From positions 11,866 to 75,865 of the forward strand of contig JBGVSY010000015.1 of NCBI GenBank assembly GCA_041862235.1: DNA of 64,000 bases, read 5' to 3'. Made by a program: the position numbers and the translations under genes. The stretch comes from Nitrososphaeria archaeon. GTDB taxonomy: Archaea; Thermoproteota; Nitrososphaeria_A; Caldarchaeales; JAVZCJ01. The notes under the pieces were generated by a model, which was given only the letters and a program-made list of their open reading frames with translations, ran no database searches and was not told where the DNA came from. Below are positions 55,028 to 63,508 of this stretch, piece by piece (positions within the stretch are counted from its first letter, which is position 1; each line of letters starts with the position of its first letter).

Positions 55028-55189
55028 CTATTTCTTGATTTCTCTCCTTTTCCATCTGAGGTTGTAGCTTCTGCACTTTCTGCACTTTACCGCTCCGGGT
55101 GGATTTCTCGCTCCACATCGTCTGCAGATCTTGAAATAGAGTCTTCGTTTCTGGGCTATCTGCAGCAGCGTTGGATCTCGGATCGGCAA
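55028..55189 (-). CDS. rpl40e: Ribosomal protein eL40 (not in the supplied ORF track)
   Basis: My translation is (TTG)M-PIRDPTLLQIAQKRRLYFKICRRCGARNPPGAVKCRKCRSYNLRWKRREIKK*, 53 aa. The zinc-ribbon pattern C-R-x-C-x-A-R-N...C-R-K-C...L-R-x-K is typical of eL40. It lies 29 nt downstream of the sucD stop, and no in-frame ATG or GTG is available. Confidence 0.75.
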   Translation of the reverse strand: MPIRDPTLLQIAQKRRLYFKICRRCGARNPPGAVKCRKCRSYNLRWKRREIKK

Positions 55190-55218
55190 CGTCGGTCGCC
55201 GAGGATTCTCTACGCTGA

Positions 55219-56088
55219 CTAAATAACTTTCCTCAAGGTCTCAGCAACCTCTGAGGGTTTCTTGGCGACCTCTACCCCTGCTGCCTCAAGTGCCTCGAGC
55301 TTACTGTTGAATGTCCCGATGTCACCTGTTATCATGGCTCCTGCGTGGCCCATTCGCTTCTCCGGTGGAGCTGTCCTTCCGGCTATGAAGGCCTCCACTG
55401 GCTTTGGGTACTTGGTTGCAGCGATGTATTGTGCGGCCTCTTCCTCCATGCCCCCTCCTATCTCACCAATGATCGTGACGGCCTTGGTTGCGGGGTCTTC
55501 TCGGAAGAGCTTGAGCACATCCACAACTCTCAAGCCAACTATTCGATCCCCTCCCACTCCGATGCACGTGGATTGCCCGACCCCAGCCGAACTGAGTGTG
55601 CTGGCGATCTCATACATCAGGGTTCCGCTTCTCGAAACCACACCGACTTCTCCGGGTTTGAAGACGTGGCTCGGCATAATGCCGACCTTCGACTTTCCGG
55701 GAGTGATGACTCCTGGGGTGTTCGGTCCCACCATCTTGACCCCGGTCTTTTCCGCTGCCTCCCTTATCTGGAAGGCGTGATGTGCAGGGATCATCTCGGT
55801 GACAACCACAAGCAGCTCTATGTTGCTGGAGATTGCTTCCAGCGCTGCGTCACGCGCAAAAGCAGCTGGCACAAACATTATTGAAGCATCGACCGAATGC
55901 TCCGCCAGCGCGTCTTTAACAGAGTTGTAGACAGGTATGCCCTCCACCTCAAGTCCAGCCTTTCCCGGGGTAACCCCTGCCACTATCTTCGTGTCGTAGT
56001 CCAACATCAGACGTGTGTGGAAGGATCCCTGAGTCCCCGTTATTCCTTGCACGAGAACTCTTGTGGAACTGTCGATCATGATTCCCAT
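55219..56088 (-). CDS. sucD: Succinyl-CoA synthetase subunit alpha
   Basis: VLVQGITGTQGSFHT, SRSGTLMYE and the catalytic His in MGHAGAMI. Confidence 0.85.
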   Translation of the reverse strand: MGIMIDSSTRVLVQGITGTQGSFHTRLMLDYDTKIVAGVTPGKAGLEVEGIPVYNSVKDALAEHSVDASIMFVPAAFARDAALEAISSNIELLVVVTEMIPAHHAFQIREAAEKTGVKMVGPNTPGVITPGKSKVGIMPSHVFKPGEVGVVSRSGTLMYEIASTLSSAGVGQSTCIGVGGDRIVGLRVVDVLKLFREDPATKAVTIIGEIGGGMEEEAAQYIAATKYPKPVEAFIAGRTAPPEKRMGHAGAMITGDIGTFNSKLEALEAAGVEVAKKPSEVAETLRKVI

Positions 56089-56095
56089 TGGGGAG

Positions 56096-57226
56096 TCATC
56101 CCTTTACGGCGCTGGTTATCAAGTCCTCCATGTTGTCAAAGTAGGAGATGCCAGCTTCTCTCAGGATCTCCTTTCCCTGCTCCTCATTTGTCCCAACGAG
56201 CCTCACGTATAGTGAGGGGAGTTGTAGGGTCTTCACCGACTCTGCGATTCCTCGGGCTATTTCGTCGCATCTGGTGATTCCACCTAAGACGTTTATCACG
56301 ATGCTGCGTAGGGGCTGAATCGTTGACAACCTTTTCAGCGCCTGCACCACGTTGTCCCTGGTCGCTCCTCCACCCAGGTCCAGAAAATCCGCGGGCTTGC
56401 CTTCGTTGAGTTTCACCAAATCCATTGTCGACAGAACGAGCCCTGCACCATTGCCTATCACACCTACGTCTCCTTCAAGCTGCACAAAGTTTTCTCGAAC
56501 CATCGGTTTCTCCAGCCCGGCTCTTTGTAAGGTTGCAGCGAGTTTCTGACGCAGCTCTTTCTGGGTCGATAGCGCATCGTTGTCTATTATCACTCTGACA
56601 TCTAGGGCCGTGAGCTCACCCTTCTCGTCCATGCTTAATGGGTTGATCTCAACTGTCTCTGCATGGTAGTCGTCGAAAAGCTTCTTCATGTGGCTAGCGA
56701 TCCGTAGAAGCTGCCTCGCCTCTCTTTCGGCTAATCCTCTTTCTCTTGTCTCACTGACGAAGCTCTCCTCAAAGCCTGCTTCCGGTTGTTCAGCTTCGAG
56801 CACCAAGACTCCGCCCGTTTCAGCACGGTCTTCCAAGCCCGCACCACCCGCCGTGGAGAACATGAAGATTGGTCTCTGTTTCCTCCAGTCAAACGTGTAT
56901 GCCAAGTAGTACTCCTTGGTAGATGGCAAGGCTTTCTCCAACAAGATTCTGGTCACGGGGAGCCCTTGGATTCTCTTGGAGAACATGTCCCTTGACAGGT
57001 TGGCCACTTCTTCCTCGTTTCCGGCTTTCAGTATTCCTCCATGTTTCAGTCTCTCCTTAATCGGCAGTTGAGCCTTGAGCATCACGGGGAAACCGAAACG
57101 CTTCGCCGCCTCGAAGCACTGTTGGGCTGAGGTGCATAGCTGAGAGGAAGGAACGGGGATGCCTAGATCCGAGGCGATCTTCTTGGCCTCATGCTCCAGA
57201 AGCAGCAACGCCTTTCCCAACCGCAA
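56096..57226 (-). CDS. sucC: Succinyl-CoA synthetase subunit beta (ATP-grasp)
   Basis: LLEHEAKKIASDLGIPVP, EINPL and a GGGATRD-type C-terminal domain. The start is TTG at 57226 or 57208. Confidence 0.85.
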   Translation of the reverse strand: MRLGKALLLLEHEAKKIASDLGIPVPSSQLCTSAQQCFEAAKRFGFPVMLKAQLPIKERLKHGGILKAGNEEEVANLSRDMFSKRIQGLPVTRILLEKALPSTKEYYLAYTFDWRKQRPIFMFSTAGGAGLEDRAETGGVLVLEAEQPEAGFEESFVSETRERGLAEREARQLLRIASHMKKLFDDYHAETVEINPLSMDEKGELTALDVRVIIDNDALSTQKELRQKLAATLQRAGLEKPMVRENFVQLEGDVGVIGNGAGLVLSTMDLVKLNEGKPADFLDLGGGATRDNVVQALKRLSTIQPLRSIVINVLGGITRCDEIARGIAESVKTLQLPSLYVRLVGTNEEQGKEILREAGISYFDNMEDLITSAVKG

Positions 57227-57281
57227 ACCGTTGGCTTCAGACTAAAAAGACTTGCCTAGCCGTAGGCTTACGCTGAGTTTC

Positions 57282-57309
57282 GCGCTCCTTGGAGCGCAAT
57301 CTATTTATT
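57282..57309 (+). promoter_or_regulatory. Hairpin-forming inverted repeat abutting the candidate TATA box of the alba gene
   Basis: GCGCTCC-TT-GGAGCGC (57282-57297) is followed by AATC and then TATTTATT (57302-57309). The alba ATG lies about 50 nt downstream. Confidence 0.35.
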
Positions 57310-57358
57310 GTCGGCTCAGAGAGCTGTGGCAGCCTGCCTAAAGAGGGAGATGATCGAG

Positions 57359-57631
57359 ATGTCCGAAACACCGGTTGTGTTTATCGGTAGAAAACCTGTG
57401 ATGAACTACGTTCTCGCCTGCATGACTGCCCTTCAATCGGAGGACAAGAAGGCTATCGTGAAGGCAAGGGGTAGAGCAATAAGCAGAGCAGTCGACACAG
57501 TGCAAATCTTACAGCGTCGGTTCTACAAGAACCTCAAGATAGGCGAGATCAAGACGAACACGGAACAGCTGACCGGGGAGAACAACGTCACCCTGAACGT
57601 CTCAACGATCGAGATCACCATCTCGGCTTGA
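57359..57631 (+). CDS. albA: Alba (Sac10b) DNA/RNA-binding protein
   Basis: VFIGRKPVMNYVLACMTAL...IVKARGRAISRAVDTVQIL...STIEITIS. ATG 57359 has GGGAG 9 nt upstream. The track starts at TTG 57308. Confidence 0.85.
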   Translation: MSETPVVFIGRKPVMNYVLACMTALQSEDKKAIVKARGRAISRAVDTVQILQRRFYKNLKIGEIKTNTEQLTGENNVTLNVSTIEITISA

Positions 57632-57734
57632 AGCTCTGAGGTCTTGCCTTCCAGAAGTTGTGGGAAGTTGACCTCCCCGGAACGGTTGCAGACCGTCCCC
57701 TCTGGGCGGGGTGTACCAGAGAGATGCGCGGTTG

Positions 57735-58331
57735 ATGGAGACTCCGTTGGACCTGTTCTGCCTGAGAAGCGGGACCTTCTGCCCGCAGTGCGAGGCGAAA
57801 ATCAGGTCCGGGAAGGTCTCTCAGCTAGATGTCGATGTGACGAGGCTCCTTCTTGACCTGGAGCCGCAGTTTCCAGCGCTTCAAGACGCCACGTATATCA
57901 AGGCTGCCGAGACCGAAGATTTTTTGGCGGTGGTCCTCAAGGAGGGGGATCTCTCAAGGATGTCCGTCAATGTTCTTACGAAGCTAGCAAGGGGCCTGTC
58001 AGCTGCGATAGGAAAGAAAGTTAAGTTCCTAGAAGACTCATCGGATCCTACCAAGTTTCTTGAGTCCCTTGTTGCGCCAGCCAGGATCATCGCGGTGAAT
58101 CAAGTTTGGCTGCCAGATGGCTCCGTGGCTACGAGAATCATTCTTGATGACAAGAGGTCGTTGAGGATGAGCGAGAATTCCATTATCGAGTTGGGCAGCA
58201 AGATAAAGAACATGTCGCTTAGGATCGATTTCGAGAGGAAGAGGTTCTCCGCTCCCTCAGGAGGACGCGGGAGAGAAGCGGCTGTGAGAAGGTTCTCTCG
58301 TCGATCGATCGATCGTCGCCGCAGAGGCTAA
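57735..58331 (+). CDS. NusA-like double-KH protein with N-terminal zinc ribbon, degenerate GXXG loops and an Arg-rich tail
   Basis: The Zn ribbon is CLRSGTFCPQC. VVLKEGD...GKKVKFLEDSSDPTKFLESLVAPARIIAVNQV... parallels the NusA KH1-KH2 linker motif (DP..F..NAL.PA.V). No G-x-x-G is visible in either KH-like half. The tail reads GGRGREAAVRRFSRRSIDRRRRG. Confidence 0.5.
   Translation: METPLDLFCLRSGTFCPQCEAKIRSGKVSQLDVDVTRLLLDLEPQFPALQDATYIKAAETEDFLAVVLKEGDLSRMSVNVLTKLARGLSAAIGKKVKFLEDSSDPTKFLESLVAPARIIAVNQVWLPDGSVATRIILDDKRSLRMSENSIIELGSKIKNMSLRIDFERKRFSAPSGGRGREAAVRRFSRRSIDRRRRG
58302..58315. repeat. CGATCGATCGATCG 14-nt palindrome at the 3' end of the NusA-like gene
   Basis: Read directly. 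It encodes part of the RRSIDRRRR tail. Confidence 0.9.
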
Positions 58332-58514
58332 CATTGTTTGACCGTCCAACCTTGATGGTTTCGAAGGTCTTTCCCCTCATCTACTTTGCGCATTGAAGAC
58401 CTGGGTTGAAGTGGGAGGCAAGACAAATATGCGCCAATCGGGCTTCAGTCGTGGGCTGGGGGCGGTGGATTGACCTGTCCACTATTAACATTGAAGCTAA
58501 GCGTATGGCAGGAA

Positions 58515-58530
58515 TCGATCGGTCGATCGG
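58515..58530. repeat. Tandem TCGATCGG-TCGATCGG upstream of the glutaredoxin-like gene
   Basis: Read directly. It lies about 17 nt upstream of ATG 58547. Confidence 0.9.
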
Positions 58531-58546
58531 TCCCAGGTGGGAAAAG

Positions 58547-58822
58547 ATGAAAATCATAGTCTATGTCTCGTCTGGCTGCGGGCGTTGCCCCGCTACGATA
58601 AGAATGCTAAGAGAGCTCTTATCAGAAAGGAAGGTTTCCTATGAAGACGTAGTGGTCGAAAGGAACATTTCCGTTGACAGGGACGCTAAGGCCGATCTCA
58701 TGATGCTGAACATTCTCTCGACCCCCACAGTCCAGTCTAAGGACCTCGTTCTTCTCCCCGATGAGGCTACAGACAGGAAAAAGCTTAGAGAGTTGATAGA
58801 GAGAGCCTACTCCGCCGGCTGA
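58547..58822 (+). CDS. Glutaredoxin/NrdH-like small thioredoxin-fold protein
   Basis: MKIIVYVSSGCGRCPATIRML has a CxxC motif at the start of helix 1. The product is 91 aa, and GGTGGG lies upstream of the ATG. Confidence 0.65.
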   Translation: MKIIVYVSSGCGRCPATIRMLRELLSERKVSYEDVVVERNISVDRDAKADLMMLNILSTPTVQSKDLVLLPDEATDRKKLRELIERAYSAG

Positions 58823-58831
58823 CCTCATCAG

Positions 58832-60544
58832 GTGATCCCGTTGGGTGAAGCCGACCTTGTTCTACTTCATCCTCCCTCTTTCTACGACTTCAGGAAGAGG
58901 TCGTTTCTCTACGGCCCCGTGAGTGACGTAGTGCCATCGTCCTCCATCTTCGAGATGTACCCACTGGGCTTCTCAACAATTCTCGGATATCTTCAGGGTA
59001 GGGGATTTGATGTGAGGATAGCCAACCTAGCTGCAAAGATGCTTCAGGACCCTGCCTATGACCCAGAGGAGCAGATCAGATCGCTTAGGGCGAAGGCCTT
59101 CGGCGTCGATCTTCACTGGTTGGTCCACACGCAGGGCAGCCTGGAAGTAGCTCGGCTGCTGAAGAAGCATCACGGGGAAACGACCGTGGTGTTTGGAGGG
59201 TTAACGGCCTCGTATTTTCACATGCAACTAATAGAGTCGCCATACGTTGACATCGTAGTGAGGGGCGACAGCACAGAGCCAATCCTGGAAAGGCTACTGG
59301 AGGTGGAGCTTAAAGCCCCCCTGCTCAGAGCCATTCCAAACCTGACCTACAAAGATGAGGTTGGAAAGACCCAAGTTAACCCTCTGAGCTTCGTCCCTGA
59401 GAACCTGGACTACATCAGCTACGGGTTCTCAAGCATGGTGCGCTCGGTCCTCTCACACAGGGAGATACGTGGCTACCTCCCCTACAGAGCCTGGCTGGAG
59501 AGCCCAATCGGCGCAGTTTTCCTGTGTAGAGGGTGCAACTATAACTGCAAGACGTGCGGAGGGTCGAGATCTGCCTATCGTCGGTTCTTTGGGAGAGAGC
59601 GACCTGCTTTCAGATCGCCTGAAAGGGTCGTTGAGGATCTCGCCGACATCAGGGGCTACATGAAGGGTCCGATCTTCCTCATCTCGGACCCTCGTCAAGC
59701 AGGAAAGGAGTACACAGAAAGGCTCCTCAGAGAGATAAGGAGAGAGAAGGTGGAGGGACCACTTGTCTTTGAATTATTCACAGGAGTCAATAAAGAGACG
59801 GCGTCGACGCTCGCTCGGTGTTGCGACAGTTTCTCAGTCGAGATGTCGCCTGAATCACATGACTCAGGGGTAATGCGGGCACAGGGGAGAGCCTTCACGC
59901 AAGCCTCGGTACAGAGGTCCCTGCGGAACTTGCTAAGTACAGGCTGTGAAAGAGTAGATGTCTTCTTCATGATCGGTCTCCCAACCCAAACGAGAGAGTC
60001 GGTCCTGGCAACCACAAGGTACGTGGATCGGCTTCTCAGCAGATTCCGAGACGACAGGTTGAAACCGTTTATCGCGCCTTTAGCACCATACATGGATCCC
60101 GGGAGCATAATATTCGAGAGTCCTGAGGAGAACGGTTACACCGTTTTCTTCAGAGACTTGATGGAGTACCAGACTGTTTCACAGTCACTCAGCTGGAAAC
60201 ATCTACTCAACTATGAGTCTCGCTGGATGACGAGAGACGAGCTGGTCGATGTGACCTACGATGCGGCCTACAGGATCAACAGGGTGAAGGCAAGGCACGG
60301 GTTGATCTCCAAGAAAGAAGCGGAGAGGCAGCAGGCGCGCATAACGTTGTCATGGGAGCTCAGCAAGGAGATAGATCGAATGCTTGGGAAGGGAGACCAG
60401 AAGCAAATCGAAGATCTGATGAAAAAGATCTTCGCTGAGCCTGGGCTGATCGAAGAGTACACCCTCTGTCTCTCGACGGACCTTCGTTGGCGGGGCTCCA
60501 GAATAAAATACATGAATCTTGTGAAGTCTCTCTTGAAGAGGTAG
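58832..60544 (+). CDS. B12-binding-domain radical SAM protein
   Basis: 570 aa. The N-terminal B12-like Rossmann part is VVFGGLTASYF, and the radical SAM motif is CRGCNYNCKTCGG (C-x3-C-x2-C). The GTG start lies 10 nt after the grx-like gene. Confidence 0.7.
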   Translation: MIPLGEADLVLLHPPSFYDFRKRSFLYGPVSDVVPSSSIFEMYPLGFSTILGYLQGRGFDVRIANLAAKMLQDPAYDPEEQIRSLRAKAFGVDLHWLVHTQGSLEVARLLKKHHGETTVVFGGLTASYFHMQLIESPYVDIVVRGDSTEPILERLLEVELKAPLLRAIPNLTYKDEVGKTQVNPLSFVPENLDYISYGFSSMVRSVLSHREIRGYLPYRAWLESPIGAVFLCRGCNYNCKTCGGSRSAYRRFFGRERPAFRSPERVVEDLADIRGYMKGPIFLISDPRQAGKEYTERLLREIRREKVEGPLVFELFTGVNKETASTLARCCDSFSVEMSPESHDSGVMRAQGRAFTQASVQRSLRNLLSTGCERVDVFFMIGLPTQTRESVLATTRYVDRLLSRFRDDRLKPFIAPLAPYMDPGSIIFESPEENGYTVFFRDLMEYQTVSQSLSWKHLLNYESRWMTRDELVDVTYDAAYRINRVKARHGLISKKEAERQQARITLSWELSKEIDRMLGKGDQKQIEDLMKKIFAEPGLIEEYTLCLSTDLRWRGSRIKYMNLVKSLLKR

Positions 60545-60569
60545 AGAAATAACGTCGACCGTTTTCGAT

Positions 60570-61742
60570 GTGGCTGTTATCGGTGCAGGACCTGCTGGTC
60601 TCTCGGCAGCTAGGTCGGCTGCGAGAAAGGGGTTGAAGGTGATTGTTCTAGAGAAGAAGCGAGAGGTAGGTTTTCCCCTGAAGTGCGCAGGGTTCCTACC
60701 GTCCCCAACCGAGATGAAGAAGCTGCTTCCTGAGGCAGAGCGCTTCCTCGGGCTTCTCGACTTCGGCTCAGATGTCAGGGTTCATCAGTGCAGGGTGGTT
60801 GAAGCGGTCTTTCCTTCAGGCCGGAAGCTTTCCGCCAGGTTTGATGGTCAGGCCGTGGATCGCAGAGCACTGGAAAGGTCTCTCGCGCAGGAGACAGCAG
60901 AAGCAGGTGCAACCCTGTCGCTCAACTCGAGGGTGTGGAGGATTGAGGGCAGAACTATCAGCACAGTCGTGGAGGGTGAAGAAAGGAAGTTTGAAGCAAA
61001 GGTTGTGGTAGGCGCTGACGGAGCTCACTCCATAGTTGCCGCTCAATACGGAGAGAGGCACAGGCCTGAGCAACTGGCTTTCTGTTATGCACACGAGTAC
61101 TGCAACGCCGATATAGATCCTGACTGTGTCCAGATGTTCTTCGGCAGAGATTTTGCGCCAGGAGGCTTTGCCTGGCTTATTCCCCACGGCTTAGATCTCA
61201 TGAACTTGGGTATAGGGATCAGGGATAGGTATAGGAGAGCAGGTGATAGCTTGAACAGTCTTCGGCAGAGGTTTCTCTCTCTACCTCAGGTAGCGGTCTC
61301 AGTTAGGCGCGCTCAGCCGCTGGCGCGCATTGCAGCTCACGTTCCTATAGCGGGGCCCCGAAAGCGCACAGCCTTCAAGGATGCACTCCTCGTCGGAGAC
61401 GCAGCGGGACAGGTCCTGCCTCACGTCGGCTCAGGGGTGGCCACATCGATTATTGCAGGAGAAATCGCGGGCTCCGCCATCTACGAGTACCTTACCAACC
61501 GAAGCCCCCTTACCTCGTACGAGGCGGATTGGAGGCAGGTAATGGGTGGAGTCCTAGAGTCGTCTCTCAAGATCAGAGCCGTGCTGGAGAGGTTTGTGGA
61601 GAGAAACTGGCTGCTTAACCTCGTCCCTGACTTGATAGGGGAAGAAGCTTTCCTACAGTTACTCATGGCTCATGCACCTCAGGGGATCCATCAGCTGTTT
61701 TCGAGTATACTTTCGAACCGATCAAAAGGTTCTCCGTCATAG
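60570..61742 (+). CDS. Geranylgeranyl reductase family flavoprotein (digeranylgeranylglycerophospholipid reductase-like)
   Basis: The FAD motif is VAVIGAGPAGLSAARSAARKGLKVIVLEKK, with VVGADGAHS and LVGDAAGQV. The start is GTG. Confidence 0.75.
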   Translation: MAVIGAGPAGLSAARSAARKGLKVIVLEKKREVGFPLKCAGFLPSPTEMKKLLPEAERFLGLLDFGSDVRVHQCRVVEAVFPSGRKLSARFDGQAVDRRALERSLAQETAEAGATLSLNSRVWRIEGRTISTVVEGEERKFEAKVVVGADGAHSIVAAQYGERHRPEQLAFCYAHEYCNADIDPDCVQMFFGRDFAPGGFAWLIPHGLDLMNLGIGIRDRYRRAGDSLNSLRQRFLSLPQVAVSVRRAQPLARIAAHVPIAGPRKRTAFKDALLVGDAAGQVLPHVGSGVATSIIAGEIAGSAIYEYLTNRSPLTSYEADWRQVMGGVLESSLKIRAVLERFVERNWLLNLVPDLIGEEAFLQLLMAHAPQGIHQLFSSILSNRSKGSPS

Positions 61743-63106
61743 GCGAGTGCAGAAGAGCTCTTCATGAATTCTCGAAGAACAGAGGTCGCGTAGCCACCTC
61801 GAGAAACCTCCAGGTGAAGTGCTACAGTGCACGTTTCATTATCGTGAGTTGTCGATAGCATTTTGATGGCTGCGGCGCTCAAGCACACAGGTCTGTAGGC
61901 TCCCCGTGTTCCTGCCTCAGGTAAGCACGACGTGTTGAAGTCTTCGAGACTCACTTTTTCCTGATCGAGAATCCTGGCCATCAGCTCGCCCTTAGGTCCT
62001 TTAGGGATCTCAACCTGGTATCCGGGGACCGGCAGCACCACGGCCAGTCTACCCTTCACCAATCTTTCGCGAATGTTTTGTATGTTGTACTGGTTGACGT
62101 TCAAGAACTTTGGCTTTACTAGGCCGCAAAAGTCTGTCTCGGCAACCAAGTCTCCTGGAACGGGGTCATTCAGAAGATCTCCTGTTGACAGCAACTCGGA
62201 AAGAGTCTGGTTGAATACATAGGAGCTGTAGGACTGGACCAACAGTTTCCTCAGACGTAGAGGAAAGGCTCGGACTGCCTCTAAATAGTCCTCCTTCCGT
62301 CTGTCAAGAGAAGCCAGGATTCTTCTCTCGTATTCCAACTGAGGCGGCAACTGATCCGGGGCACCTCCTCGACTCCACTGAGTCTGCACCTTCTCTCGAG
62401 CGAGCCTTGTTTCCAGCACCTCAAGTCTGGAGTGGGAAGTGACGAAAGTCTTGACCGCATCATGTAGTCTCCCCTTCACTATCAATCTCCCCACGACATG
62501 GTTTATGGGCCTTCTTACACCGAATCTCTGGTGGCCGAAGAAGTTCGGGATTCCTGTAGCTCTCAGCAAGGCTAGGGTCTCAGTGACCATCTCTGCCGCG
62601 CGCTCAGGAGAATGCTTCACACCTCTTATCCTCACCTTGAACTCGTTTCGAGCTAACATGTGTGGGAAGACAGGTCTAGACACACGCTTAACCGGGATCA
62701 ACCTTGCGTTGCGCAGAATGATTTTACGGACGCTCTCAGCGGCCTCCCGAAACTTGAGTGGTATCGTTACGAACTGCGTGGTGACTGCCCGCTTGTCCTT
62801 TAGACCACACACACCAATTGACGCTGGCCCGACGCCAATTGCAGCAGCTATTCCCGACAGGCAAAGAAGTGTATCTCTGTTCCTTTTCTCCAATACACAG
62901 AGAATTTGGGTACCTGCACCCGGCATTATATGCGGCGGAACAAGAAAATCATTTGACTTCATGCCGTTGGAAAGAACCTCGTCAACAACAAAGTCATCCA
63001 CATGAAGCTTAATGACTCCACCGATTCCTGGAGTACTGGAGGCCCAGCCACGAATGCCTATGAACTCCTCAACCTCCCCGCCCCCGATCTCCTCCAAAGA
63101 CTTCAT
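61691..63106 (-). CDS. truD: tRNA pseudouridine synthase TruD/Pus7 family
   Basis: The catalytic motif is CGLKDKRAVTTQFVT, with NFFGHQRFG. The 3' end overlaps the convergent GGR gene by 52 nt. Confidence 0.8.
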   Translation of the reverse strand: MKSLEEIGGGEVEEFIGIRGWASSTPGIGGVIKLHVDDFVVDEVLSNGMKSNDFLVPPHIMPGAGTQILCVLEKRNRDTLLCLSGIAAAIGVGPASIGVCGLKDKRAVTTQFVTIPLKFREAAESVRKIILRNARLIPVKRVSRPVFPHMLARNEFKVRIRGVKHSPERAAEMVTETLALLRATGIPNFFGHQRFGVRRPINHVVGRLIVKGRLHDAVKTFVTSHSRLEVLETRLAREKVQTQWSRGGAPDQLPPQLEYERRILASLDRRKEDYLEAVRAFPLRLRKLLVQSYSSYVFNQTLSELLSTGDLLNDPVPGDLVAETDFCGLVKPKFLNVNQYNIQNIRERLVKGRLAVVLPVPGYQVEIPKGPKGELMARILDQEKVSLEDFNTSCLPEAGTRGAYRPVCLSAAAIKMLSTTHDNETCTVALHLEVSRGGYATSVLREFMKSSSALAYDGEPFDRFESILENS

Positions 63107-63118
63107 CTCTACGCTCTC

Positions 63119-63508
63119 CTAGAGTAGGGCAATCGACCCGGTCACCCGATCCACCAAGTCGGAAGGACCAGGACCTATCCCAAGAGCAGTCAGCGTGCCG
63201 GGCAGAACCTCTGTTAATCCCATGTCCTTCACCATCGCAGTGGGCAACCCCAGCTTTCTAGCCCTCATCTCCAAGGCCTTCAGTTCGTTCAGAGACTCCA
63301 CCCTCAACACAATCTTACGCTGTTCAATCTGCAGCCATCGCTTTGCCCAGGTCGGCTTGTGTTTGCGGCATTTCTCAAGCGCCGACACTGAGGCGTGTGC
63401 TACTTGTGCTGAGGTCTTGCCCACACTCATTCCTAGGTCGACCCTGACCGCGACGACTTGTTTGAAGTCAAATGATCGAATCAAATTCCCCGCCCAAAGG
63501 AGAACCAC
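63119..63508 (-). CDS. pth2: Peptidyl-tRNA hydrolase, archaeal Pth2 type
   Basis: KQVVAVRVDLGMSVGKTSAQVAHAS and ...VKDMGLTEVLPGTLTALGIGP. Confidence 0.85.
   Translation of the reverse strand: MVLLWAGNLIRSFDFKQVVAVRVDLGMSVGKTSAQVAHASVSALEKCRKHKPTWAKRWLQIEQRKIVLRVESLNELKALEMRARKLGLPTAMVKDMGLTEVLPGTLTALGIGPGPSDLVDRVTGSIALL

Noticed and set aside
55004-55222. 72-aa plus-strand ORF
   Set aside because: It is antisense to a clear eL40 zinc-ribbon gene.
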